A stretch of 37,262 nt of DNA from an uncultured Acidobacteriota bacterium (GTDB lineage Bacteria; Acidobacteriota; UBA6911): positions 1 through 37,262 of the forward strand of contig CAZWXG010000005.1 of the NCBI GenBank assembly GCA_964637825.1. Reading direction: 5' to 3'. Of this stretch, positions 14,351-23,458 are shown one piece after another (the first letter of the stretch is position 1; each line of letters begins with the position of its first letter). Position numbers and translations under genes: made by a program. Under the pieces are notes generated by a model. The model saw only the letters and a program-made list of their open reading frames with translations. It did no database searches and was not told where the DNA came from.

Positions 14351-15432
14351 TATTCGATGACGACCCCGACGTTCTGGGCGTTGGCGATGCTCACCTGGGC
14401 GGCCACCTGCCGGGCGATCTGGCGGAAGGCCTCGGCGGCGGTCGAGTCGGGGGCCAGGGCCGTCACCGGCTTGCCCGCGTCCCCCCCCTCGCGCAGCGCC
14501 ACGTCGAGCGGCACCTCCCCGAGAAAGGGAACCCCGTAGCGGGAGGCCGTGGCGGCGCCGCCGCCGTGGCTGAAGATGTGGGTCCGCTCGCTGCATTTGG
14601 GGCACTGGAAATAGGACATGTTCTCCACGATCCCGAGGATCTCCACGTGCACCTGCCGGAACATGGCGATCGCCTTGCGCGCGTCCTGCAGCGCCACGTC
14701 CTGCGGCGTGCTGACGATGACGGCACCCATGAGGGGAACCGTCTGGGTCAGGCTGAGCTGGACGTCGCCGGTGCCGGGCGGGAGATCGACGAGGAGGTAG
14801 TCCAGTTCCCCCCAGTCCACCTGGCGGATGAACTGCTGGATCACGCTGTGCAGCATCGGACCGCGCCAGATCAGGGGCTGGTCGTCGCGGTCGGTCAGAA
14901 AGCCCATCGACATGACCCGCACGCCGTAGTTCGACAGGGTCTGGATCCGGTCGCCGACCGCCCGGGGCCTCCCCTCGATCCCCATCATCAGCGGCACGTT
15001 CGGCCCGTAGATGTCGGCATCGAGAATCCCGACGGCGGCCCCGGTCTGCGCCAGGGCCACGGCGAGGTTTACGGTCACGGTGGATTTGCCCACCCCCCCC
15101 TTGCCGCTCCCCACGGCGACGATGTTCTTCACTCCCGGGACCGACTGCTTCCCCTCCCCCGCAGCCCCCCGGGTCACGGCCGCCGACATCGTGATCCGGA
15201 CGTCGCTGACTCCGGGCACCGCGAGCACCGCCTCGCGCGCCCACTGTTCCATCTCCTTTTTGACCGGGCAGGCGGGGGTGGTCAGTTCGATCGTGAAGGA
15301 GACGGTGCCACCGTCGATCTTCAGGTTCTTGATGAAATGGAGGCTGACGATGTCCTTGTGGAGATCCGGGTCCTCGACCTGCTTCAGGGCATCCAGGATA
15401 TCCTGTTCACGGGGCGCTCTATCATTCGACAT
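14350..15432 (-). CDS. apbC: Mrp/ApbC/NBP35-family Fe-S cluster carrier ATPase
   Basis: N-terminal DUF59-like region (DPDLHKDIVSLHFI...ELTTPACP). Deviant Walker A VGSGKGGVGKST. YLLVDLPPGTGD. CPKC pair in YFQCPKCSERTHIF. Confidence 0.92.
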   Translation of the reverse strand: MSNDRAPREQDILDALKQVEDPDLHKDIVSLHFIKNLKIDGGTVSFTIELTTPACPVKKEMEQWAREAVLAVPGVSDVRITMSAAVTRGAAGEGKQSVPGVKNIVAVGSGKGGVGKSTVTVNLAVALAQTGAAVGILDADIYGPNVPLMMGIEGRPRAVGDRIQTLSNYGVRVMSMGFLTDRDDQPLIWRGPMLHSVIQQFIRQVDWGELDYLLVDLPPGTGDVQLSLTQTVPLMGAVIVSTPQDVALQDARKAIAMFRQVHVEILGIVENMSYFQCPKCSERTHIFSHGGGAATASRYGVPFLGEVPLDVALREGGDAGKPVTALAPDSTAAEAFRQIARQVAAQVSIANAQNVGVVIE

Positions 15433-15498
15433 AACACGATCCTTTTCAAAAAATGTGTAGGGTTGGAGCCACCGGGGGATTCCCCGGAAGGAGGAGGG

Positions 15499-16374
15499 TC
15501 AACTCGCGTCGAGGAGCTCGGCCATCGCCGCGCCGATATCGGCGGGACTCGACACCACGCGCACGCCCGACCGCTCGAGCGTTTCCATCTTTTCGGCCGC
15601 GGTCCCCTTCCCCCCCGATATGATCGCGCCCGCGTGCCCCATGCGTCTTCCGGGAGGCGCGGTCCGGCCCGCGATGAAACCCACGACCGGCTTGGTCATT
15701 CTCTCCCGGATGTACCGCGCCGCCTCCTCCTCCGCCGTCCCCCCGATCTCCCCCACCAGGACCACCGCGTGCGTGCCGGGATCCCCTTCGAACAACTCGA
15801 GGGCGTCGACAAAGCGGGTGCCGATGACCGGGTCCCCCCCGATGCCGATGCACGTGGACTGCCCGATGCCGCGCAGGGAGAGCTGATGCACCGCCTCGTA
15901 GGTCAGCGTCCCGCTGCGCGACACGACCCCGACGTGTCCTTCCCGGAAGATGCGGCCCGGCATGATCCCCGCCTTGCATTTCCCCGGCGAGATGACGCCG
16001 GGACAGTTGGGTCCGATCAGGCGGCTCCCGGAGCCCGTGATCAGCGCCATCACCCGCGTCATGTCCAGCGTCGGGATCCCCTCGGTGATGCAGATGATGA
16101 GCGGGACTCCCGCGGCTGCCGCCTCCAGGATGGCGTCAGCCCCGCGCGCGGCGGGGACGAAAATCAGCGTCGCCGTCACCCCCTCGGCCGCCACCGCCTC
16201 CTCGACGGTGTCGAACACCGGGACCCCGTCAAACTCCGTCCCCCCCTTGCCGGGGGTAATCCCCGCGACGACTTTCGTGCCGTATTCCAGGCATTGCCGC
16301 GCATGGAAGGAGCCTTCCCGGCCCGTGATCCCCTGAACCGCCAGCCGCGTATTTCCGTCCAACAGAATCGTCAC
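15499..16374 (-). CDS. sucD: Succinyl-CoA synthetase alpha subunit
   Basis: GTG start. [45 protein letters not shown] (catalytic His). Confidence 0.95.
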   Translation of the reverse strand: MTILLDGNTRLAVQGITGREGSFHARQCLEYGTKVVAGITPGKGGTEFDGVPVFDTVEEAVAAEGVTATLIFVPAARGADAILEAAAAGVPLIICITEGIPTLDMTRVMALITGSGSRLIGPNCPGVISPGKCKAGIMPGRIFREGHVGVVSRSGTLTYEAVHQLSLRGIGQSTCIGIGGDPVIGTRFVDALELFEGDPGTHAVVLVGEIGGTAEEEAARYIRERMTKPVVGFIAGRTAPPGRRMGHAGAIISGGKGTAAEKMETLERSGVRVVSSPADIGAAMAELLDAS

Positions 16375-16401
16375 CGCAACCTCCTCTCCCCGGGAGACCG
16401 G

Positions 16402-17559
16402 TCATCCCGCCAGGGCGACCGCCTTCTCCGCCGCCTCCTTCATCCCGTCCGCAACCGTGAATGCGAGCCCCGAATCGAGCAGCATGCGCCGCCCCTCGTC
16501 CACGTTGGTCCCTTCGAGCCGGACGACGACCGGAATCTTCGCTCCGGCTTCCCGCACGGCCTCCACCACCCCCCGGGCCACCAGGTCGCAACGCACGATC
16601 CCGCCGAAGATATTGATGAGCACCGTCCCGACGTTGGCGTCGGAAAGGAGAAGCCGGAACGCGTTCCGGATCTGGTCCGCCGACGCCCCGCCGCCGATGT
16701 CGAGGAAATTGGCGGGATTCCCGCCGGCGATCTTGATGATGTCCATCGTCGCCATGGCCAGACCGGCCCCGTTGACCATGCAGCCGATGTTGCCGTCGAG
16801 ACGGATGTAGTTGATCCCCAGGCGGGAGGCCTGGATTTCCAGGGGCTCCTCCTCGTCGAAATCGCGCAGCGCCTGCAGTTCCCGGTGGCGGTAAGCCGCG
16901 TTGTCGTCGAGCACGATCTTGGCGTCCAGGGCGCACAGCGCGCCCGATTCGGTCAGAAGCAGCGGGTTGATTTCCACCAGCGAGGCGTCGACCTCTTCGA
17001 ACACCCGATAGAGCGCGCCGATGATGCGGGTGGTTTCTGTCAGCAGGCCGCCCGCCAGGCCCAGGTGGAAGGCGAGTTTTCTCAGCGCGTAGGGCTGCAG
17101 CCCGACGCGGGGGTCGACAAGCTCCCGGAAGATCAGCCCGGGGGTCTCCGCCGCGACCTTTTCGATGTCCATCCCGCCGGCAGGGGACGCCACGATGACG
17201 GGGCGCCGGCTCCCGCGGTCGACGAGGATTCCCAGGTAGTACTCCTTCCGGATCGGGAGCGCCTCTTCCACCAGCACCCGCCGCACGATGCGCCCCCCGC
17301 CCCCGGTCTGGCGCGTCACCAGCGTCATGCCGATCATGGCGCGGGCGATCTCCTCGGCCTCCGCGGGGGAGGCAGCCAGTTTGATCCCGCCCCCTTTGCC
17401 CCTGCCGCCGGCATGAATCTGCGCCTTGACCGCTACCTTGCCCCCGAACCGCGCCGCGATCTCGTAGACTTCGTACGGGTTCGAGGCCGACTCCCCCCGG
17501 GGGACAGGCACCCCGAACCGCGCCAGTATCTGCTTGGCCTGATATTCGTGAATGTTCAC
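16402..17559 (-). CDS. sucC: Succinyl-CoA synthetase beta subunit
   Basis: GTG 17559 (VNIHEYQAKQILARFGVPVP) is preceded by GGGAGG. KAQIHAGGRGKGGGIK. GNIGCMVNGAGLAMATMD. The part of the track ORF upstream of 17559 has no family similarity. Confidence 0.95.
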   Translation of the reverse strand: MNIHEYQAKQILARFGVPVPRGESASNPYEVYEIAARFGGKVAVKAQIHAGGRGKGGGIKLAASPAEAEEIARAMIGMTLVTRQTGGGGRIVRRVLVEEALPIRKEYYLGILVDRGSRRPVIVASPAGGMDIEKVAAETPGLIFRELVDPRVGLQPYALRKLAFHLGLAGGLLTETTRIIGALYRVFEEVDASLVEINPLLLTESGALCALDAKIVLDDNAAYRHRELQALRDFDEEEPLEIQASRLGINYIRLDGNIGCMVNGAGLAMATMDIIKIAGGNPANFLDIGGGASADQIRNAFRLLLSDANVGTVLINIFGGIVRCDLVARGVVEAVREAGAKIPVVVRLEGTNVDEGRRMLLDSGLAFTVADGMKEAAEKAVALAG

Positions 17560-17870
17560 GCGACCTCCCGTTCCCGGCGAGCGCCCCTGTGGATTTCTCG
17601 GGATCTTCTGTTGATGTAAAGGATTGCCGGAATCCGGGAATCGCTCCGCCAACCGCGCCATTGTATGGCGAAGGCGGCAGGGGATCAATGAAAAGATTCC
17701 CCGCGGCCCGGGGCCCGTCCGCGCCGCGAACAGGCCTTTCACCGGGGGCCGCGGTGGCATAGAATGAAGTCAACGCATCCTGATCTGATCCGGAACCGGA
17801 GGACCTGCACCGTCCCCGCCGATCCGGCCCGCAGCGCATGAAGAAAGGTGAACTCCGTGGAGGATGGACC

Positions 17871-20012
17871 ATGGAAGATACCTATTCTCTTTTGTTCGCG
17901 GGGCTCGCCCCCGCCGAATGGAGGCTCTGTTCCGAACACTTCTCCCGCTCGGGCCACCGCGTGGCCGCCGCCGCGAATCTGGACGAAGCCGTCGAAAGGC
18001 TGAACGGCGGGGACATCGACCTGGTCTACCTGCGTTCCCGGGACGGCGGCGGCGGGGCGACGATGATCGCCGGGCTCGCGGGCTCGCCCCCGGCCCTCCC
18101 CGTGGTGCTGGTGTGCGATCACGCGGACGAGGGATCCATCCTGGACCTCTGGCGCGCGGGGGCGGCCGACATCCTCTTCCCCCCCCTGACCCCGGAGGCC
18201 CTCGATGCCAGCCTCCGCCGCTCGACGCGACGGCTCTCCCCGCGCGGGGAAACCAACCCTTCCCTCCCCAAGGGGCGGCTGTTTTACCTGGACGAAACCG
18301 GGGAGGAGCGCTGGGTCTCCCTCACCCCCCCGCGGTTCACGCTCGGGCGCGGCGGCCACAACGACCTGACGCTCAACCATATCTGCATTTCCCGTTCCCA
18401 CGCCGAGGTGGTGGTGCGCAAGGAGGGGTACCTGCTGCGCGATCTCGGCAGCAAGCTCGGGACCTTCGTCAACGGCGTGCGCGTGGAGGAGGCCCTGCTG
18501 GCCAACGGGGACGAGATCCAGCTCGGCGGCACGCAGGGGATCGGCTTCACCTTTCACGTCGCCGACATCCTGGGATCGCTCCTGGGGAGCTCCGACCCCG
18601 GAAGAGTGGCGGGGCTGTCCATGGGCAGTTTCAGGGACCTCGGCAAACTCTTCGCCGCTTTCCGGACCTTGAGCTCCATTGCGGTCCTGGACGACCTCCT
18701 GTCGCTCGTCGTGGATACGGCGATCGAACTCACCATGGCCGAGCGCGGTTTCATCATGCTCCGGGAGCTTGACGGTTCGCTGGAATTCCGATGCGCCCGG
18801 AGCCGCCACAAGCATCCGCTGGACGGGTCCTGCTTCCAGACCAGCCGCAGGATCCCCGAGGAGGTCCACCGGACCGGCCGCCCCATCTTCATCAAGGACC
18901 TGGCGCACGGCACGGGCGCCGAATGGCACGACAGCACGCGCCAGATCGGGTTGCACAGCATCTCCTGCGTCCCGCTCCGCTATGTCCCCCTGCACGACGA
19001 CGCGAACCCGTCCACCGCCCGGTGCGCCGAAATCATCGGCGTCCTCTACCTGGACAGCGCGAGCGTCGGCGCGCGGCTGACGAGCACCCGGGTGGACGCG
19101 CTCGAGACGCTGGCGATGGAAGCGGCCATGGCGATTTACAACGCGAAACTCTATAAGGATCTGCAGGACAAGCGCCGGATGGAGGAACAACTGGCGCTCG
19201 CCCGGGAGATCCAGCAGACCCTGCTGCCGCCCCCCGTCCGGGACCGGGGATATGTCCTGGCGTGCGGCCACAGCCTCCCCTGCTACGAGATCGGGGGGGA
19301 TTACTTCGACTACTTCGACCTGGACGGGGACTGCTTCGGCTTCGCCCTCGGGGATGTGGCCGGCAAGGGGATGCCGGCGGCCCTGATCGCTTCCCTGGTG
19401 CAGGGGCTGTTTTCGGCCCAGGGACATCTCGACTCCCCGCTGGAGGCCGTCGTCGCCTCCATCAACCGCAACCTCGCCCTGAGGGGGATCGGCAACCGTT
19501 TCGTCACCTCCTTTTTCGGGATCCTTTGCCCCGACGGCAGCTGCCGCTACGTCAACGCCGGGCACAACCCGCCGCTCCTCCTGCGCCGCGACGGTTCCAT
19601 GGAGCAGCTGACCGCCGGGGGGATGGTCCTCGGCCTCTTCCCCGGCGAGGAGTACCGGTCGGCGTGCGCGCGCTTCGGGCCGGGAGACCGCCTCGTCCTT
19701 TTCACCGACGGCATCGTGGAAGCCCAGGACCGGGCGGGGAAGGAATTCGGGCTCGACTGCCTGGTCTCCGTTCTGCGGGCCCATGCCCGGCTTCAGGTCC
19801 CCGAGATGCTGGCGGCGGCGCAGGCGGCCGTGCTGGCCTTCTCCGAGGGGGTCGCTCAGCTCGACGACATCACCATGTTGATCCTTGAATTCCGGGGAGG
19901 GGCCGACAAGGAAGAACCGTGCCAGGTCGGAAACCGTACCTTCCCGGTCCGGGCAGGGGATGGAAGCGAGCGGGGGGTTGGTAGCGCTACGGGGAATCGA
20001 ACCCCGGTTTGA
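17871..20012 (+). CDS. Multidomain signalling protein: degenerate receiver-like domain, FHA, GAF and PP2C/SpoIIE-type phosphatase
   Basis: ATG 17871 has GGAGGA 6 nt upstream (alternative ATG 17838 has no SD). FHA reads TLGRGGHNDLTLNHICISRSHAEV...GTFVNG. The GAF-like middle reads VVDTAIELTMAERGFIMLRE...GVLYLDS. PP2C/SpoIIE reads LALAREIQQTLLPPP, GGDYFDYF, GDVAGKGMPAAL, LFTDGIVEA. The last 34 nt overlap tRNA-Glu on the other strand. Confidence 0.85.
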   Translation: MEDTYSLLFAGLAPAEWRLCSEHFSRSGHRVAAAANLDEAVERLNGGDIDLVYLRSRDGGGGATMIAGLAGSPPALPVVLVCDHADEGSILDLWRAGAADILFPPLTPEALDASLRRSTRRLSPRGETNPSLPKGRLFYLDETGEERWVSLTPPRFTLGRGGHNDLTLNHICISRSHAEVVVRKEGYLLRDLGSKLGTFVNGVRVEEALLANGDEIQLGGTQGIGFTFHVADILGSLLGSSDPGRVAGLSMGSFRDLGKLFAAFRTLSSIAVLDDLLSLVVDTAIELTMAERGFIMLRELDGSLEFRCARSRHKHPLDGSCFQTSRRIPEEVHRTGRPIFIKDLAHGTGAEWHDSTRQIGLHSISCVPLRYVPLHDDANPSTARCAEIIGVLYLDSASVGARLTSTRVDALETLAMEAAMAIYNAKLYKDLQDKRRMEEQLALAREIQQTLLPPPVRDRGYVLACGHSLPCYEIGGDYFDYFDLDGDCFGFALGDVAGKGMPAALIASLVQGLFSAQGHLDSPLEAVVASINRNLALRGIGNRFVTSFFGILCPDGSCRYVNAGHNPPLLLRRDGSMEQLTAGGMVLGLFPGEEYRSACARFGPGDRLVLFTDGIVEAQDRAGKEFGLDCLVSVLRAHARLQVPEMLAAAQAAVLAFSEGVAQLDDITMLILEFRGGADKEEPCQVGNRTFPVRAGDGSERGVGSATGNRTPV

Positions 20013-20053
20013 TGGCTGAGAACCACCCGTCCTAACCCCTAGACGATAGCGCC
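19979..20053 (-). tRNA. tRNA-Glu (anticodon CUC), CCA encoded
   Basis: Hand-folded cloverleaf: GGCGCTA-TC-GTCT-AGGGGTTA-GGAC-G-GGTGG-TTCTCAG-CCATC-AAAC-CGGGG-TTCGATT-CCCCG-TAGCGCT-A-CCA. 7-bp acceptor stem (G1:U72 wobble), 4-bp D stem, 5-bp anticodon stem, anticodon CTC, canonical T loop. Confidence 0.85.
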
Positions 20054-20145
20054 GTAACCGGCAGGCATAGTACCAAAAACCCCCGGCGCGCGTCAACGTG
20101 CCAAATGAGGGGGTGCATCCGCGGACGCTGGGGTATAATCAGAGC

Positions 20146-21123
20146 ATGAACGGAAGAGGAAACAGGAGGGTGGTCCTGGCATTTCCGCGCGGGTTCTGCG
20201 CGGGGGTGGTCCGCGCCATCGATATCGTGAAACTCGCCCTGGAAGCCTACGGGCAGCCGCTGTACGTCCGCCGCGAGATCGTGCACAACAAGTTCGTCGT
20301 CAACGGGCTCCACGAGAAGGGGGTCATTTTCGTCAACGAGCTGGACGAGGTGCCGGCGGGGAGCCGCGTCATCTTCAGCGCTCACGGCGTCCCCCCCGAG
20401 GTCTGGGACGAGGCGGCGGCCCGCCGGCTGAAGGTCATCGACGCCACCTGCCCGCTGGTGACCAAGGTGCACAACGAGGCCGTAAAATACGCCCGGTCGG
20501 GCTATGCGATCGTTCTCATCGGCCATTCGGATCACGACGAAGTCATCGGCACCCTGGGCGAAGCCCCCGGCAACATCACCGTTCTCGACCCGGAAGACGA
20601 CATCGAAAAACTGAAGATTGCGGATCCCGCCCGGATCGTCTACCTCACCCAGACCACCCTGAGCATCAACGACACCCGGAGGATCGTGGAGAAGCTGCGG
20701 TGGCGGTTCCCCCGCATCAAGGCCCCGAATTCCGAGGATATCTGCTACGCGACCCAGAATCGCCAGGCGGCGGTGCTGGAACTGACGAAAAAGGCGGAAT
20801 TGATCCTGGTCGTGGGTTCCGCCAACAGCTCCAATTCGCGCCGCCTGGTCGAGGTGGCCCAGAGCGCCGGGGTGCCCGCCCACCTTATCGACGACATCGA
20901 GGACATCCAGCTCGGCTGGCTCCGGGACGTGGAAACCATAGGGTTGACCGCCGGCGCCTCCGCCCCGGAGGACCTGGTCGAGAGGGTGGTGCTCTATCTG
21001 AACCGCCTGGGGTACCCCCACGTCGAATCGGACGGCGGCATCGTCGAGCACGTCCAATTCTCGCTCCCCCCGGAACTGGCCGAGGCCGCTGCGGCCCATC
21101 ACCCCCGCCGCGCCCTGGAATGA
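20146..21123 (+). CDS. ispH: 4-hydroxy-3-methylbut-2-enyl diphosphate reductase
   Basis: LAFPRGFCAGVVRAIDIV, IVHNKFVV, IFSAHGVPP, DATCPLVTKVH, LIGHSDHDEVIGT, ICYATQNRQ, VVGSANSSNS. ATG 20146 gives the usual short N-terminus. The track start GTG 20098 is less likely. Confidence 0.93.
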   Translation: MNGRGNRRVVLAFPRGFCAGVVRAIDIVKLALEAYGQPLYVRREIVHNKFVVNGLHEKGVIFVNELDEVPAGSRVIFSAHGVPPEVWDEAAARRLKVIDATCPLVTKVHNEAVKYARSGYAIVLIGHSDHDEVIGTLGEAPGNITVLDPEDDIEKLKIADPARIVYLTQTTLSINDTRRIVEKLRWRFPRIKAPNSEDICYATQNRQAAVLELTKKAELILVVGSANSSNSRRLVEVAQSAGVPAHLIDDIEDIQLGWLRDVETIGLTAGASAPEDLVERVVLYLNRLGYPHVESDGGIVEHVQFSLPPELAEAAAAHHPRRALE

Positions 21124-21151
21124 GGAAAAGCCCGCCCGGGGATGTCCAAGG

Positions 21152-21180
21152 TTGGAAAAAGGATGCACTTGGGCTATAGT
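21152..21180 (+). promoter_or_regulatory. Candidate sigma70-type promoter upstream of hpnA
   Basis: TTGGAA (21152-21157), 17-nt spacer, TATAGT (21175-21180), about 97 nt before ATG 21278. Motif match only. Confidence 0.4.
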
Positions 21181-21277
21181 TTCCTGTTTATCGTTTCGTT
21201 AAAGAGGAAGACATCCACCGGACTGCGGCGGTAACATTGAAAATGAAAGGGATAGCCTTCTTCGGGTAAGCGGCTCC

Positions 21278-22318
21278 ATGAACGAGGAAATCACTTTTGT
21301 CACGGGCGCAACCGGCTTCATCGGAAGCCATGTCGTGCGCAAGCTTTTGCTCCGGGGGGACCGGGTGAGGGTGCTGGCCCGCAACTCCAGCCCCAGGTCG
21401 AACATCGAGGCGTTCGGATGCGAGATCGTCATCGGCGACCTGAAGGACTCCATGTCGCTGCTGCGGTGCGTCCGGGGCTGCAGCCGCGTTTACCATATCG
21501 CCGCCGATTACCGCCTGTGGGCCCGCAACCCCCAGGAAATCTATGACAACAACGTGGGCGGCACGCGCAATCTCCTGTCCGCCTGCTGCGAAGCCGGGGT
21601 GGAGAAGGTCGTCTACACCAGCTCGGTGGGAACGATCGGCATGCGCAAGGACGGCGTCCCCGCCGACGAAGACACCCCCGTCAAGCTCGACGACATGATC
21701 GGCCACTACAAACGCTCCAAATTCATGGCCGAACAGGTGGCCGGGGAATTCGCCACCTCAGGGCTCCCGGTCGTCATCGTCAACCCGACCACCCCCGTCG
21801 GCGCGGGAGACATCAAGCCGACGCCGACCGGGAAGATCCTCCTCGATTTTCTCAGGGGAAGGCTCCCCGCCTACGTGGAAACGGGGCTGAACCTGGTGGC
21901 CGTGGAGGACGTGGCCGAGGGGCACCTCCTGGCCGAAACCAGGGGCCGGGTCGGGGAACGCTACATCCTCGGAGGCGAGAACTGGAGCCTCGAGGAGATC
22001 CTGGACGCCCTGGCGAAGCTCTGCGGGAGGCGGGCCCCCCGCTTCCGGATTCCGTGGACCGTCGCCCTCATGGCCGGTACTTTGGATAATTTCATCACCG
22101 GGACCCTGCTGCGGCGCGAGCCTTCGATCCCGCTCGAGGGGGTAAGGATGTCCCGTTACAAAATGTACATCAGCTGCGAAAAGGCGCGCAGGGAGTTGGG
22201 CTACCACCCGCGGCCGGTCGAGAAGGCGCTCGGCGAGGCCGTCGACTATTTCCGCTACGACTGGCAGCCGGCCTCCGCGCAGGGTCGTGTTTCGAAACTG
22301 CGCTCCGATACCATTTGA
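21278..22318 (+). CDS. hpnA: Hopanoid-associated sugar epimerase-type NAD-dependent epimerase/dehydratase (HpnA-like)
   Basis: Rossmann motif VTGATGFIGSHV. HIAADYRLW, DDMIGHYKRSKFMAEQ (YxxxK), GDIKPTPTGKILLDFLRGRLPAYVETGLNLVAVEDVAEGH, ERYILGGEN. These are the stretches I recall as diagnostic for HpnA. Confidence 0.8.
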   Translation: MNEEITFVTGATGFIGSHVVRKLLLRGDRVRVLARNSSPRSNIEAFGCEIVIGDLKDSMSLLRCVRGCSRVYHIAADYRLWARNPQEIYDNNVGGTRNLLSACCEAGVEKVVYTSSVGTIGMRKDGVPADEDTPVKLDDMIGHYKRSKFMAEQVAGEFATSGLPVVIVNPTTPVGAGDIKPTPTGKILLDFLRGRLPAYVETGLNLVAVEDVAEGHLLAETRGRVGERYILGGENWSLEEILDALAKLCGRRAPRFRIPWTVALMAGTLDNFITGTLLRREPSIPLEGVRMSRYKMYISCEKARRELGYHPRPVEKALGEAVDYFRYDWQPASAQGRVSKLRSDTI

Positions 22319-22372
22319 CGTCCGGGTCTGCCCTGGCAGGCAAAGAACGACAGAGGCGAACGACAGAAAGCG

Positions 22373-23458
22373 ATGATGTCCCAGAACCGGCAGTTTCCGA
22401 GCAACGGTCAGGAGATGCGCGCCGCCGTTTACCGCGGCCCCGGGGAGATCTCCGTGGAAAATGTCCCGGTCCCGGCCATCCTGGACGGGGAGATCCTGGT
22501 GCGGGTGCGGGCGTGCGGCGTCTGCGGCACGGACCTGAAGAAGATCGAATACGCTCTCGTCCCCCCGCCGCGCATCTTCGGCCATGAAGTCGCCGGGGTC
22601 GTGGCCGGGGTGGGGGCCGCGGTCAAGGGGTACAAGGTCGGGGACCGGGTGGCCACCCACCATCACATCCCGTGCGGGGAGTGCTTCTACTGCGAAAGAA
22701 AGCTCTTTTCCCAGTGCGCGTTCTACCGGCGCACCGGCACCACCGCCGGGTTCGAGCCCGCCGGGGGAGGGTTCGCCGAGTATGTCCGGGTCATGGACTG
22801 GATCGTGGCCGGGGGGACCGTGCCGATCCCGGACCACGTCAGCTTCGAGGAAGCCAGCTTCCTCGAGCCGCTCAACACCTGCCTGAAGGCGCTGGAAACG
22901 GCGTCCCTCGAGCCGGGGGAGGTGGTGGTGGTCTACGGGCAGGGGCCGGTCGGGCTCCTGATGATGCAGGCCGCCCGCGCGGAAGGGGCCCGCGTCCTGG
23001 GGCTGGATTTCCTCGAGGCGCGGCTGGAAATAGCGCGGGAGCTGGGGGCGGAGGCCGCCCTCGACCCGGCCCGGGACGACATCGGCCGGGCGGTCGCCGG
23101 CATGACGGACGGCAGGGGGGCCGACCTGGCCATCGTGGCCGCGGCCAGCCCGGAAGCGGTGGCGGACGCCCAGCGCATCGTCCGCCGGGGGGGGCGCGTC
23201 CTGCTTTTCGCCCAGACCGTGCCCGGCGAGAGGATACCCGTCGACGCCTCGAGCATCTGCATGGAGGAAAAGAGGCTCATCGGCAGCTATAGCGCTTCGG
23301 TGGAACTCCAGGGAAAAGCGGCGCAGATGATTTTCGAAGGAAGGATCAACGTGGCCCGGCTGATCAGCCACCGGTTCCCCCTGGAACGTCTCCCGGAGGG
23401 AATACGGCTTGCATCACACCCCTCTGCCCGTTCGCTAAAAATCGTGATACAACCATGA
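22373..23458 (+). CDS. Zn-dependent medium-chain dehydrogenase/reductase (alcohol/polyol dehydrogenase family), copy 1
   Basis: Catalytic Zn ligands in CGVCGTDL and GHEVAG. Structural Zn site CGECFYCERKLFSQC. Rossmann motif VYGQGPVGLL. The start is uncertain: ATG 22373/22376, or ATG 22415 (MRAAVYRGPG, the usual MDR N-terminus, but its AGGAG abuts the ATG). Confidence 0.85.
   Translation: MMSQNRQFPSNGQEMRAAVYRGPGEISVENVPVPAILDGEILVRVRACGVCGTDLKKIEYALVPPPRIFGHEVAGVVAGVGAAVKGYKVGDRVATHHHIPCGECFYCERKLFSQCAFYRRTGTTAGFEPAGGGFAEYVRVMDWIVAGGTVPIPDHVSFEEASFLEPLNTCLKALETASLEPGEVVVVYGQGPVGLLMMQAARAEGARVLGLDFLEARLEIARELGAEAALDPARDDIGRAVAGMTDGRGADLAIVAAASPEAVADAQRIVRRGGRVLLFAQTVPGERIPVDASSICMEEKRLIGSYSASVELQGKAAQMIFEGRINVARLISHRFPLERLPEGIRLASHPSARSLKIVIQP

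Noticed and set aside
15433-15498. Terminator between sucD and apbC (CCGGGG-gatt-CCCCGG hairpin)
   Set aside because: The stem is only 6 bp, and the T-run on the transcribed strand lies about 20 nt away from the stem. It is not convincing as an intrinsic terminator.
14566-17619. 1017-aa plus-strand ORF spanning apbC, sucD and sucC
   Set aside because: It is antisense to three well-supported genes. The translation is rich in R/P/G/D/H with no recognisable domain, a typical high-GC antisense artefact. The same reasoning rejects 17739..20096 (-), 10841..11980 (-), 11901..13241 (-), 21758..23371 (-), 23287..24558 (-), 28684..30075 (-) and 34900..36807 (+).
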